Under the pieces are notes generated by a model. The model saw only the letters and a list, made by a program, of their open reading frames with translations, was not told the origin of the DNA and did not search any database. Made by a program: the position numbers and the translations under genes. Below, one piece after another: positions 39,301 through 50,823 of a DNA stretch of 64,000 nucleotides. Positions within the stretch are counted from its first letter, which is position 1. Every line of letters starts with the position of its first letter. The DNA comes from Yuukianura sp. NJ FZ-2021 (lineage: Eukaryota), in contig CM102289.1 in assembly GCA_046563655.1 (NCBI GenBank), positions 8,866,001 through 8,930,000 of the forward strand, given 5' to 3'.

Positions 39301-41282
39301 TACAGTTTTCAGTTCCAATGCAACCAAAAGAGCTTGAAGTTAACCTAACATGACATTAGGCAGAACAAAATTCGAAAGTTTGCACCATACCACGGTGGAG
39401 AAAACAGAAAATGAGCAAAGCAGTTTAAGTGCAAGTCCATTTCCTTTCATTTTTCATCAAAGTTAAAGGTTCGTTAGTCACCAAACAGGATTTCCAAGAA
39501 CTTTAGTCCTCTTGTGCAAATACAGTTCTCTGCTTTCACGTTCTGGACATCATCATCTTTCTTTGTAACTTGACAAAAACTGGATTTATATTCAGCCAAA
39601 ATATGTTTTCGGTTTCTCTTGAACAACATTAGGAACAACAAAGCCACGCTTACCAAGAAGACTGCTTTGTTTTGAACTGGAAAGGACTAAAAAGTACTAC
39701 AAGGACTAAAAAGTAGTATAAGGACTAGAAAGTACTATAAGACAAAAGAGAAACTTACTGGTCCATTGTAACCCTGTCAGAGGTGGATTTGTTTACTCAT
39801 TTGGAGAGAGTAGTCCTGGAGACAAATTGGATCTGGAGAGCTGGAAGAGCCTTTCATTATGGACTTCTAATGCCTTGTGACAGATTAGGTTATGCTAAAG
39901 CCTAAACTAAGCTTGAAGGGTCCCTGGGTACTTTTGTAAACACTTTTCTCCATTCATACTTTCACTTTCACCATCCCCTAATGTCTCTGAGATTATCTCT
40001 ACTTACCACACTTCAACACTCATCAAAATCTTTTTAGGAAACTTTAAAGTAAAGGGGGATTGAACCATGAAAGAACAACAGTCGAAAGACTAAAATTCAA
40101 AGACTAAAGCCCTTTTAGTCTCTTAACTCAATTTTAGTCCAGGGAATTTGAAATGAGCAGAGTCTCTATTGATTAACAAAGACTGGAATGTTGAACTAAT
40201 TGTGTTGGAGCTAAGAAGAGAAAGGCAGAGAACGTCTTCATCAAAGGAGATAATTGCTGGGGAAAGGTGTATTAATTATTAATCAAGACTTTACTTTCTC
40301 TTGCAATTTTCTTCAAAAGAAACACAGAAAAGTGCAAAAACGTGTCAATGAAAGTTCCATGAAAAAAAGCTTTCTTGACAAAATTTTATTGACGGCTATG
40401 TTTCCCGTTCAAAGCTAAAACGATTCCAAACGTAACATTTAAAGCTCAAAATAACTAAAATTGAAATTGATCTAAAAGGCTTGTTTTGTTTTTGACTAAC
40501 AGAGGTACCAAAAATATTTTTAAACTTCGATTTTACTATTTTTGTTTAACCTAGTTAGGATTTTGTAACAACTGAAGTCAATTTCAAAAAAGGGAGGATG
40601 GAGAATTAAACACTTATTCAGGAGATTAGAATTACGTATAGGTGAAATGTGAAAATGGCACAAAATTCGATTTTTAGGTAAAAGATAATTCTTAAATATT
40701 AATTATCTTTTTGCGAAACTGGAAAAAGATATTTTTAGGCAGAACGGATATAATTATTGGTATCTTGGAGAAAGTCGATACACAGAAAAGGCATTGATTA
40801 GCCAAACGTCAATAATTCAAGGCGTAGCTCACAAACTGAAACTAACTATGCAACAACCTTGTATTTAACAAACTCACTTAGTTTTCAAAAAATAAATTGA
40901 AACAACCAAACTCAAAAAAATTGTTTCAGAATTTGAATTTTAGTTTTAGTTTTAAATTCCTTGCTCAAGTTTTAAATTCCTTCACAATATTCCTGCCTGT
41001 TCTAAAAATTTCTTAAATTAAAATGAACAAAAAATGGAAACTATTTGCCGAGGTTTCATTTTGCGTAAATATGTGAATTCAGGAATGCGATGCGACACAC
41101 TTATGAATAACCTTAACCTAATTTTGAATTTTGAAAACTCCAAGAATTTTGAAATTTTAAACAAAGTTTTGAGCTTACCTTCTAACGTATAGCGAGCAAG
41201 TTCGTTGGTGGCTGACTGGTTCAAACAGAAACTCGCGTTGATTCCACCGAACAGACGCTGACCTCGGAGGTTTGAGACTCAT
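306..41282 (-). CDS. Ih: Hyperpolarization-activated cyclic nucleotide-gated (HCN/Ih) channel, multi-exon; 3' end continues beyond window start
   Basis: Phase-consistent GT-AG exons 5'->3': 41282-41179 (candidate first exon), 21934-21596, 19830-19522 ([29 protein letters not shown]), 14533-14370 (FYWDL, S1-S2), 10859-10711 (S3), 8203-8057 (S4 [17 protein letters not shown]), 6329-6231, 5308-5159 (S5), 2872-2654 (pore CIGYG, S6), 1963-1910, 1832-1740, 1200-1083 (C-linker), 456-306 ([14 protein letters not shown]). The core identity is unambiguous; the choice of first exon is inferred. Confidence 0.96.
6231..6329 (-). CDS. Ih: HCN S4-S5 linker exon, 33 aa ([33 protein letters not shown]), likely cassette exon
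   Basis: Acceptor ttcttctacag, donor AAG|gtaggt, 99 nt, phase 0/0, lying between the WEEVY and FLNMAS exons. Resembles the basic insert ending NLILK recalled from insect Ih isoforms. Confidence 0.85.
13231..13333. repeat. 41-bp imperfect tandem repeat x2.5
   Basis: Unit G(A/C)AATTTTGAAATTGGAGGTG... starts at 13231, 13272 and 13313. Confidence 0.85.
29511..29767. mobile_element. Non-autonomous TIR element (MITE), 257 bp, 8-bp TSD GTGAATTC
   Basis: Direct repeats GTGAATTC at 29503-29510 and 29768-29775. Inverted arms of ~70 bp are built of four AATCTAAGCA-type subrepeats (gccataatctaagcaacaaaaatctaagca / tgcttagatttttgttgcttagattatggc). The core is TTAGG-rich. Confidence 0.8.
30496..30587. 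repeat. 26-bp tandem repeat (AAGTGTTGGTGGATCGCTGGAGCTGG) x3.5
   Basis: Three identical copies plus a partial copy, directly visible. Confidence 0.95.
35124..35209 (-). CDS. Ih: Candidate HCN alternative first coding exon B ([29 protein letters not shown])
   Basis: acaATGG start context; 86 nt open; consensus donor GC|gtgagta in phase 2, matching the acceptor at 21934. Confidence 0.55.
39682..39741. repeat. 19-bp tandem repeat (AAGGACTAAAAAGTACTAY) x3
   Basis: Copies at 39682, 39701 and 39720 with 1-2 mismatches each. Confidence 0.85.
41179..41282 (-). CDS. Ih: Candidate HCN first coding exon A ([35 protein letters not shown])
   Basis: ATG with an in-frame TGA three codons upstream; 104 nt open; strong donor AG|gtaagc in phase 2, matching the phase-2 acceptor at 21934. 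Confidence 0.65.
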
Positions 41283-42894
41283 CGTAATTCACTCAGCAAA
41301 ACTTTGCTTTACTTCTTCCCAGTTATTTCCAAATAAACAATTGGTTCAAAAAGTAGTAAGCTTCTTCAAATATTTCAAACCAGACGCCTCTTTTTAGTAA
41401 TAGTAACAAGGTTACAAAAAGAGAAGCGATGAAATAACTTCTCTAACCTTCTTAAGCTCTATTTATCAAAATTGGCTCCTTTTTCAAAAACTTTTTGCTA
41501 CGGTGTGCTTGTCCTTGTCAGAAAATGGCAAAAATTGTGTTTTGTTGCTGGATTTTGCGGAACAGTCCTGCTGCTCCTTCCAGTCCCAATGTTCACCACG
41601 CTCTTTCCACCTTTTCGCATCCTGGCGCTGGTTTCTTCGCTTCCGTGAAATCAAACGGAATCTTCTCCAGCGCTGCTGGAACTGTTTTAACGCTGCTCCA
41701 GCAGCGTCTTTCCAGCCTCTGCGCACAACTCATACTCAAACTTCACTTTCTCAACTTAATTTCCTTTTCTAACCACAATTTCCGGTGTACTGTTTTTTTT
41801 TTTTGAAAAAGAGACAAAGATGAAGTAACTTAAAAAATACAAGAGAAACTGTGACAAGAACTTGCACTAATGATGACAAAAATTTTGTTTAATTTTTTTA
41901 TGCTTAGGATGCTTGCACTTTCACTTTCCTGAAAAAATGAAAAAACCACTTTTGCATTTTGAAAAGTATATTGAAATCTTAAATTTTTGTCTGATTTTTT
42001 TTATTCTCGACTCTGCTTCTAGGTATATTTCCTATTAGCGTTGTCGTTCTAATAAAATTTCTATTCTAACTAGATTGTGATTTCACTCTTTTCACTCTCG
42101 ATACACACAAGTTCAGAATTGTACAAGAATTGTGAGACAGCTTTTTTACCAAAAACGAAAGTAGTGCCATTCTCCTGCGTTTTCCGTAGGGCATTATTTG
42201 GTTATTTTGTGAGCATTGAGTATGATTGCAGCCTTCATCAACTATTCAAAACCAGCAATTCACAAGGGAAGCTCCCAAACGCAAAAAAAAATCATTTTTT
42301 TAACATCGAACTTCACTTAAACTACCCCAACCGACTAGAATTTCTGGAACTACGAGTCAAAAATGGAAGGAAAACTGAAATTTTGAAAAAAAAATTGTCT
42401 TTTTTTTTCTCTCTGAAACCTTGTTTGTTTTTGATATGATGCATGACAGACTGGAAACCAACCAAAGTAATCACCAAGTTTGAATAAACCGAATTAGTGA
42501 AAGTTTCAATGTTTGAATGAATTTTGCATAATTCTTGGAACTGATTTGTTGAAATTGGAAAACTTGAAAGCTTTTTTGAAAACAGAGGTCAAAATATTTA
42601 TTCAGAACTTTTGGAAGATCTCTGGAACTGAGAGGTGAGGGTTTTCGTTAGGTTGGCGATGAAAGTTCTATTGGGGTTAGGTAGGTTATTCACCATAGGT
42701 TTTGTGCCTGTGTGATGAATGGAACTTTAGCAGAAGCCTTGATGATGGATTTCAGCCCGGGCTCCACACAGGGCTTAATTCCCTTATGCCTCGATGAATT
42801 TTGACCAAAGGGAAATCTCATTAGACTTCTATTGTTAGGTTGATCTCCATCCTTGATCCAGGGGAAAGCATAAGGTTGCTTAACCTAACTAATG

Positions 42895-45506
42895 TTAGGC
42901 AATGGCACAGAATTCCGCTCTTCTGAAGCGATTCAGCGCTGTTCTCAGCAAAGGACGAGGGTCACAAGGACAGTGACCTGGAGAGGTCAACCGAGGTGGA
43001 GCTAAATGCAGATCTTCTTCTTCACCGGATAAGCTAAGGTTATCCACTGATAAATTGTCGGTGAGACGGTTTTTGCCTTTTCCCGGAAAAAACGAAAGTT
43101 CGTCCTCACTGTACACAAAACAAAAGAATGTCAAACTGTCAATTTCAAAAGTAGTGGGCGGAAAAGTTGAAAAAAAGGAGTGTTGCAGTTCAAAGAAAAA
43201 GCAAGCGTGCTTTCCCGCTTTTTTCTTTTACTGTCGAACATTGAAAATATTCAAAGTGACTTTTTAGACACGAGTCAAGAATGGAGTAAGTCTTGCAGAA
43301 AATTTTGTTCCTCCTGGCGGTACTGCTTTTTCGGAGAAAGCGGGAAAAGTTTCTCCAGATTTTCAAAAAAGCCGAAGGCCTTTCTTCTTCTATAACACTA
43401 AGACTTTATTGAAATGGATGAGTTGATCCCATTTGCTAAGGAAATCTCACCTCACTGAACATTTCACTTTTCATTTTCTCCAGTTTTCTTCATTTGCAAA
43501 ATTTCAGTCAAAATTTAAAAGAAACTCGGAAATTTTTCATTTATTTCCTCCAGCGCTAGTTTGTCTCTCATCTTTTTTTTCAAAGGTTCATGTTTCATAA
43601 AAAGTTTTTGAAGAAAAAGCTTCTCTGGATTTTGAAATTACTTGATTTCTATTCAAAATTTTCGCTGTATGCAAAGCAAGTTTGTTCATCAAGAGCCCAC
43701 AAAGTTCTTCTTCAAAATCTTTTTCATAAAGCTTATCCAAATTAAAGTTTTTAAAGAATTTCAGTCAAGCGAAAGTCTTTTTCACTGTCGAGTTTTCTTA
43801 ATAACGATTTCAATCTGATATACTTTTTTATAGACTCTTATAGACTTTCTATACGGTATCAATTTCTTAGAAGATTTACAAAGTTAGAAAATGTTATTAA
43901 AACTAATCTCAGGAGTTCTAGACACAACTTTTTGCAGCCCGTGCAGAAAAAGTTTCACTTTTCTATTATTTTTTAAACTTTCTTTTTACAGAGTAAAAAC
44001 TACCTTAGTTTTCTTAATTTTGACCCAAACTGTGTGCCTTTTCAGCTCTTGAGTAAACATTTGGACCAATGAAAGTAACCAGACTTCCCAAAAGTCTCAT
44101 TTCAAAGAGAATCATGTAAGTGAAAGTGACTTTCACCTTTGACCTTATTTTTTTTTCTTCAAATGTAGAACGTACCAGTACAGAAAAAACACGTTTTGAA
44201 CATTTTATTTCGTTTTATGATGTCTTTATCCCCATGATTTCCTGTCTTATTTGCTCTTTGTGTCAAATGAACCGTGGAAAGCTTTCTCTTTGTTTTTACG
44301 AAAGAAAAAACGGGCGCTTTTTCAAATTGAGAGGAAAACTTGCAATACATAACCATTGGAGCTTGTAATGTTTTTGGCTGCAAATTGAGCATGGTTGAAC
44401 TGCAGTTTAGAAAAGCATCTTCTCAAATTGCTGAAATTTCCTTTGAAATTTTAGAAAAAACTGAGTCTTCAATCTTTCTACGAAAAGAAAAGTGACAGGA
44501 AAGGAAGATCGAAGCGTCAAGTGAATTGAAATTTTGAGATTCTTTTTTTTTCGAACATTTTTTTTCCTTTTTGAGAGTATCCTACTGCTGCTGTGTTTGT
44601 GCATAAGATTTGATGGAGGAAAGAGAAAGCACACGATATGATATTTGAATTTTAAAATGTTTGCCGCGCTCTGCAGGATGGAGAAAGGAAGTTATGATGC
44701 AGAAAAGCTGAATTTAAGCAAAAATGAGCTTCCCGCTTTTTTCGAAGTTTGGAGAGGAAAAATTTGAAAATACTTTCACCTAAGTTAAACATAAGCTATG
44801 CCGTTTGAAACTTACCTGTCGTCCGTATCCCACTGAACGAGTGGTTTGGCTTCTTGTGTATTTAGATTGAGACTTGGGTTGTTGTTGCCTGATCTTCTGG
44901 GAATAGCAAGCCTCTGAGGTGGAAGTAGTGCTCTGGAACGACTGTCAGTTCCAGAAGAACCCATGGTGTGATTGGGACTTGCCGGGATGTGAACTTTGAG
45001 ATTTCCATTGCTATGGTTAGAATCTGAGGGATTAATTACTCGACTTGACATGGACCACGGCGGACTTTCATCTACTTTGACTTTAGTTGGAAGTGTTTTG
45101 TTGGCTTGGGCTATGTGTCGCTCCAACCGCTTCTGCAACTGAGTTCCACTTCCGGCGACGACAACTTTTTCAAACCCGTCAGAATTGGTCGTATGATGTG
45201 GTTTTGCCTCACTGCTGCTGATCACGGCAGGAGAAAGTTCAGAACTGCCACTGGCGTCTAGCAAAAGGTCACTGATGTCAATTGACCCGGCTGATAAAGT
45301 TTGTAGAGTTGTTGACCCGTCAAATCTGTTTCTGTCTGGACTAAACCCAATACGGGGTTCATTCTAAAAAAAAAGTTGGTAAATGATGAAAAAATGTTGA
45401 TGAATTTTAATTTTTGTGAATTTTTTGAATATTGATAAGCTAGTTTTTGGTTTACCGTATTCTGGAGAACGTTGGGTTGAAAATTTGCTGACTGAGATTC
45501 GTCCAT
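42895..45506 (-). CDS. FAM219A: FAM219-family protein (~270 aa) with C-terminal CaaX box
   Basis: Exons 45506-45456, 45363-44816, 43108-42895 are phase-consistent; a non-coding exon donor lies upstream at 45593. Motifs QLQKRLE, RLAIP, KPLVQWDTDDSEDE, EEEDLHLAPPR, CPCD and terminal CAIA* are colinear with recalled FAM219A motifs (PLQVKLE, RLVVP, KPLVALDTDSDDD, DDEDLDLIPPK, CMCC, CHIQ*). Confidence 0.8.
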
Positions 45507-45980
45507 CTGAGTCAGGAAAAGTTAAAGGCTTACGGATTTAAACAAAAAAAAAGTTCGGTTTTTAGTAATACCGAAAAAGTTTTTGTGCTTACTTTGTATT
45601 TTAGTATTTCTAGCCTTGTTTGTCTTTAAGTTTTGTAAGATTCGATGCAAAGTTTAACATTTCTTGAGCTCTGAAGAACTTTGAGCAGCTGTAAAAGGTT
45701 TGCCGGTGAAAGTCGGTTCGGGGGAAATCGGAAATGTGGAGTGTTTTGTCACTTTCTCCGTCACTTTGGCTTTGTTGAAGTAAAAACGAACCAAAATTTT
45801 TGAAATGCTTTCACCCGTTTCTTGGCGGTACAATTTTGGATGGCTTTATTGCAAACTTAGTTTGAAGAATTTAGTAAAATTTCACCAGGTAGTGCTAAAT
45901 TGTGTTGGATATTATAAGTAATGTTAGGATATTAATAGTTTAGTTGTCCTTGGCGTTCTTGTTTTTGCGCAGTTTAGTTA

Positions 45981-47192
45981 TTATTGCGTTTTGGTTGGCG
46001 TGCCCATCTTCTCCAGCTCCATCTGCAAATCATTGACGTTTAGTCACATGACCTTTAAATAATTAATTTTTTTTGTATTTTGTTTCTCACGTATGAAATG
46101 ACAAGTCCAATGACATTGACACGTTCAGGAAGAGTAAGGCTGTCGTTGTTGAATTTTATATGAAGTCCAGTTGAAATTCCTCCAGTCACTTCTGCCACAT
46201 TTCCTTTCTTTTCTTTCTGTTTCTTATCCTTATCCTTGGGCTCTTTAACTTTCTTATCCTTTTCGTCCGCACCGTCTTTAACTTTCTTATCTCCACAATC
46301 TTTGCTCTTTTTATCCTTGTCCTTGCAATCTTTGTCTTTCTTTTCTTTGTCTTTGTTTTCTCCGCCGTCTTTGTCTTTATCTTTGACCTCCTTGTCTCCC
46401 TTATCTTTGTTATCCTTGGCGTCTTTGTCGTCAGTAGCATCTTTGTCTTTTTTATCCTTGGCATCTTTGTCTTTCTTATCCTTATCCTTGGCGCCCTTGT
46501 CTTTATCTTTGCAATCCTTATCCTTCTTGCCTTTAGCTTTGATGATCATCTACATTTTTAACAATGTTGAAGTTGTTTTTTTTTGTTTGACATTTTTTTT
46601 TAAATTCAGAATTACTTTCATCTCTCCATCGTTTTTGTTTCCTTTGCTACTGATACTGAGCAGTGGATGGTCGAGTGTATCATTCAAAACGATTTGGCGC
46701 TTCTTGTCCTTTCCTTCTTTTTCCTTCTTGTGCTCTTTGACCTCCTTTGTGCCAATTAACACTGATCCAATTGACTGGCCAGATGCATCTTGTAGCTGCA
46801 TTCGCACTCCCTATTCAAGCATTTCCAATTCAGTTTTGGAAAATTTGCAATTTGAAATTTTTTGAAACTAATTTCTATAAAGGAAACCAGTGCTCCGGTG
46901 TTCGAAAGCCTCAGGACGTCAGCATGCGCAGCATCTCTGATCACCAAAGAAGTTTCAGGCTGACCAAGATTCAAATCCAGAACAAACAAAATTGGATTTC
47001 CGTCAGCATCTTTTATAGTGTACTTGGTTCCATCATCGCCTTGACCTTGAATTCGAGGTAATGTCAAGTTTAGGTCACGAGGTCACGAGAAATTAGCGTT
47101 AATAAGAGAAAACTTCTAAAAGTATTACCTGGTAGCACAGAAAAAGAAATTGTTTTCAGAAGACTTGGCAAAACTGGAGCTGCAGGATCCAT
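45981..47192 (-). CDS. Putative scramblase/LURP-one (tubby-like fold) protein, ~305 aa, with Lys/Asp-rich low-complexity insert
   Basis: Exons 47192-47129, 47045-46888, 46810-46616, 46549-46091, 46022-45981 are in phase. Repeated hairpin motifs (YTIKDADGNPILFV, LVIRDAAHADVLRL, MQLQDASGQSIGSV, VLNDTLDHPLLSI) precede a terminal hydrophobic helix (IKFNNDSLTLPERVNVIGLVISY). AATAAA on the minus strand at 45845-45850. The gene model is solid; the fold is inferred. Confidence 0.6.
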
Positions 47193-47683
47193 TTGATCAC
47201 AAGATTTCAAAGTCTCAAAAGAAATGTTAAAATTCGGAATTAACTTTTGCAGCAAAAAAAATTCTGAAGCGAGTTAAACCACTACTGAATTAAAGTTGCA
47301 AAGTTCCAGTTCGTAAATTTCAAAATCCAGCAATTATCACCTCCCACCTATTAAAAAAGTGACAAACAAGTTGTAATATTTCTAATTCCAAGGTAAATTG
47401 CACTCTGCACTTCAACTACAAATTCCAACTGTCCACTTATCCCAGTTTGTATCTCATCCTCATATGCCACTTCCTACGTTGTTTGTTAGTTCCAAAAAGG
47501 AAATGATGCCATGCAAAAAGTGTAACCTTGCTCTCTGAGTCATTCATGTGTCAGGAAAAACTCACTGGAAATCGTGACATGTTTTTGAAACATTTTACAT
47601 TTTTAGTAAAAGCAAAATTTTAACTAAAACCGCATTTGACTTTTCATGTTTTTAATATTCTTGAGTCAAAAATGTTTTGTTTC

Positions 47684-48705
47684 TTAATGGATCTGCGTGC
47701 CGCTCTTGCAGTTCTCAGAACCGTAATTTTTGTGACCCACTTTACATGGTAATTGATGTAAACCATTTAGCATTGTCCTTTTGGTTTTGATTTGAAAGTC
47801 ATAGCATTTGGGTTCAAGGTCACCAAAATTGTACTGGGCAGTTTCGTTCTGTCCAGCACAAAATGCTTGAGTTGACAACTGGTAACATTCGCCGTTCTGG
47901 ACAAACCATGCTTTTGATGCTTCGGAAGTTTCTAGACAAAGTCGTTTTTGGCATGCTGGAGACGAAGATTCGTCAAGTGCCAACCACTCGTCTATGGCAC
48001 ATGGACCCTTTAAGGATGTAACGAAGTTCATAATTTCAAATTTTCTGAAAATTTTTCAAAAATTCGAAATTTTTGAAATTTACCTGTTCAAACAGAGTGT
48101 AGCATTGTTCTGTTGGCGGCCAGTAGGTCAATGGTCGATGAGTTGGTCCAGCGTACATTTTGCAATCACAGTCTCCGTAAGTGTCGTCTCCACCAATCAA
48201 ATAAAATCTCATGTTTTTCCCACATGGAGACACGCCTTTTCCAGGAACATAACATTTTCCAGTTCTGTTAAAAATTCGGTGGTAAATTCCCCATTCTGGA
48301 ATGTCTTCTCCGCATTTCGAGTTTCCTCTAAAACAACAATTTTAAAATTTCATATTTTCAAAATTTTAAAAGTTCAACATTTTGAAGAAAATAGATTTAC
48401 TTGATGTTTTGAATTTTTGAACTTTCATGGCTAAAATGGCGCTGAGACGTCTTTCCTTTGGCTAATAAATCCAACAATGAAAAAGTATTTTTAGAGTCGA
48501 TTGGAAAAGTTGAATTGTTGATTATAATTTCCGATGGTTCATTTTCCACTTGCACTTGAATTTGAACACTGTCGCGCTCTGGATGGAATTCCGTAGTGCC
48601 TAAATTTCGATAATGTTGACCTTGACCTAACCATTTTAGTGAAACTGCATTTATTTCTACAATGCAAATCAGTAGAAGAATGAAGACACTCCTGTATTTG
48701 GTCAT
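47684..48705 (-). CDS. Secreted cysteine-rich protein, DUF4789-like (~290 aa)
   Basis: Exons 48705-48401, 48327-48084, 48007-47684 are in phase. Signal peptide MTKYRSVFILLLICIVEINA; motifs GDCDC..YWP..CYTLFEQGPC and GECYQLSTQAFC. Confidence 0.72.
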
Positions 48706-49995
48706 TGCAAGAAATGTTCAACTTTTCGGTGTTGATTTGAGAGTAAGTTTATAAGAATGGCAATGCTATGCAAAATTCAAGATTTTTGCAAGTTTTTGAG
48801 AGCCAATGAAAAGAATTTTCAAGGACACTTCAACAATAAAGGTATATAATCACAGAGTGCAAAAACTGAAATCTCTCCTGAAAGATTTGCATCTTCCCTG
48901 CGTATAAGATTTTTCCAAAATTTGATTACATTGACCACGCCCATGCAGTGTAGTATTTTTTTGATTATTTTGCAAAGCTGTGATCATCTTCATCTCGAAA
49001 ATGAAATTTCAGGGTTTAAAAAAAACATAAAAATTATCGTTTCTGGGAGTGTAGCATTTTCTTTTACTCAATTCTTGAAATCAAAAACAGGCGATGATAT
49101 CATCCTACCAAAACAGGAAATTTGATTTTTTGCGAGATTTTTTTTCAGAATAGATTTTCTCGATGTTGTCATATCAACGACTGAATTTTCAAAAACGGTT
49201 TAACAACAAAATTTTGATTTGGACAAAATTGATTCAAAAGTTAAAATTTTGGGCCTCTTTGCAAAAATTCATTCTTCGAAATGAAATTTCTTGTTACTGC
49301 TCAATCCTGCTAGAATCTTAACTTGAAAATTCACTTTCTAGTTTCAACTGGAATTTTTTTTAAGTAGCAAGCAAAAAGCTCGCTGTGTAGGTATAAGTTG
49401 AACAAGGATTGGCACTTTCGAAAAGCAAGAAAAAAAGTTGCAAAATGATGCCCGACGCCGTCGTTTGGTTTCAGTAAGTGCGTCATTGCGAATTGAGGTT
49501 AAGACTTATTGGTCAAATTGGTTTGACCTTGACCTTTCACCGCGCTTTTTTTTATTAAAGAGTCTCAAATACAATTTTGAAAGTTGTGGGGCTATTGCTC
49601 TTGGCCTTTGGTTTTGGATTTTTGGTCTACTTCAACTGCTCATGTCTTCGCCATTACTGCAATCGAATTGGAATCGGTAATTTCCCAATCAAAAAAGTAT
49701 TTAATGCGCAGAAAACTTGTTGAAACTTTTTTAATCTGTAATTTAGGCAAAAGTTCTGGTTCAAATGGCAGTCGGATTCAAAATGAAGCTAAAAGGAATT
49801 TGTCCCATGGAGCACTAAATGCAACTCCTGAAAATTGTCGATTTGAATGATTTAACTTTTTAGATTCGGAGTTTGTATTTCAGAAAATTTTGGAAAATGT
49901 TAACATTTGTATATTTAAATTCAAATTCAAATAACTTGAAGTTGGAAATTCTGTTTAGTAAGCTTCATCCATTGTGTTATGGTGGGAGTCCAAGT

Positions 49996-50823
49996 TTACG
50001 TAACACAAATCTGCAAAAAGTTATTTAATTCCTTATAACAAATTGTATAACGAATTATACTAAATTCCGGCTTACCTCAAAGAACACATCATGGACACAT
50101 TGGCCAACGTCCATGAAACTCATACACTGTGGATCATTGTCCATTTTCACTTTGTCTCCTAAAAAAAAACCAATATTTAAAAAATTTAAGATTTTGAAAA
50201 TTTAGAAAATAAGTCCAAAACATTTACCGTGATCTTTAATGCATTTGTCAACTCCGTCTATGATTGCTTTCCTAACAGGAGCTGGCATTGCAGCCTCAAT
50301 GTACGCCAACGCTTTTTGGTGATTAATTTTTCCCTCTGGTGTGAGCTTCATTTAAAAAGCGTGTTTTTTTAGAAGAAGAAAGTTTAGTATTTAAAAAAAA
50401 AATAGAATCGTTTCAAAATACCATTTCCTTCTTTTCGAGAATACAAACTCCGAGGCACTAAGTAAATAAAAGCGATACACATTTTTGAGAATATGAATTG
50501 GCTTGAAATTTGAAAACGTTTTTTAAAAAAGTGGTTTCTTACAGCTAACTTTTCGACGGGAATTTTAAAAACTGATTTGATTCCAGCCTGTTGCAAGCAG
50601 TCAGTAATTTGTGCCTTTTGATGCTCATTTAAATTTACTGGATGACCCTGACAAGTTGTTTCCTCTTGTCCAAAAATCTGGAGAAAAAGTACAAATTATT
50701 TTTTAACACAGTCAGCAAAATGTCATTTTCAAAGTTGCGTGCAAAAAGAAAACTTACTTGAGTTGAAAAATATAGCAAACCCAGCACAATCCCCTCCAGT
50801 GCTAAACTTTGAAAAAGTTTCAT
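49996..50823 (-). CDS. Odorant-binding-protein-like secreted protein (~150 aa, 8 Cys)
   Basis: Six exons: 50823-50758, 50677-50543, 50457-50422, 50345-50228, 50158-50076, 50010-49996. Signal peptide in exon 1; C2-x3-C3 (CLGVC) followed by LTPEGKIN; C5-x8-C6 (CMSFMDVGQC); one extra N-terminal and one extra C-terminal Cys. Confidence 0.75.

Noticed and set aside
46236..46865. 209-aa Leu/Ser-rich plus-strand ORF
   Set aside because: Antisense shadow of the KDKD repeat exon.
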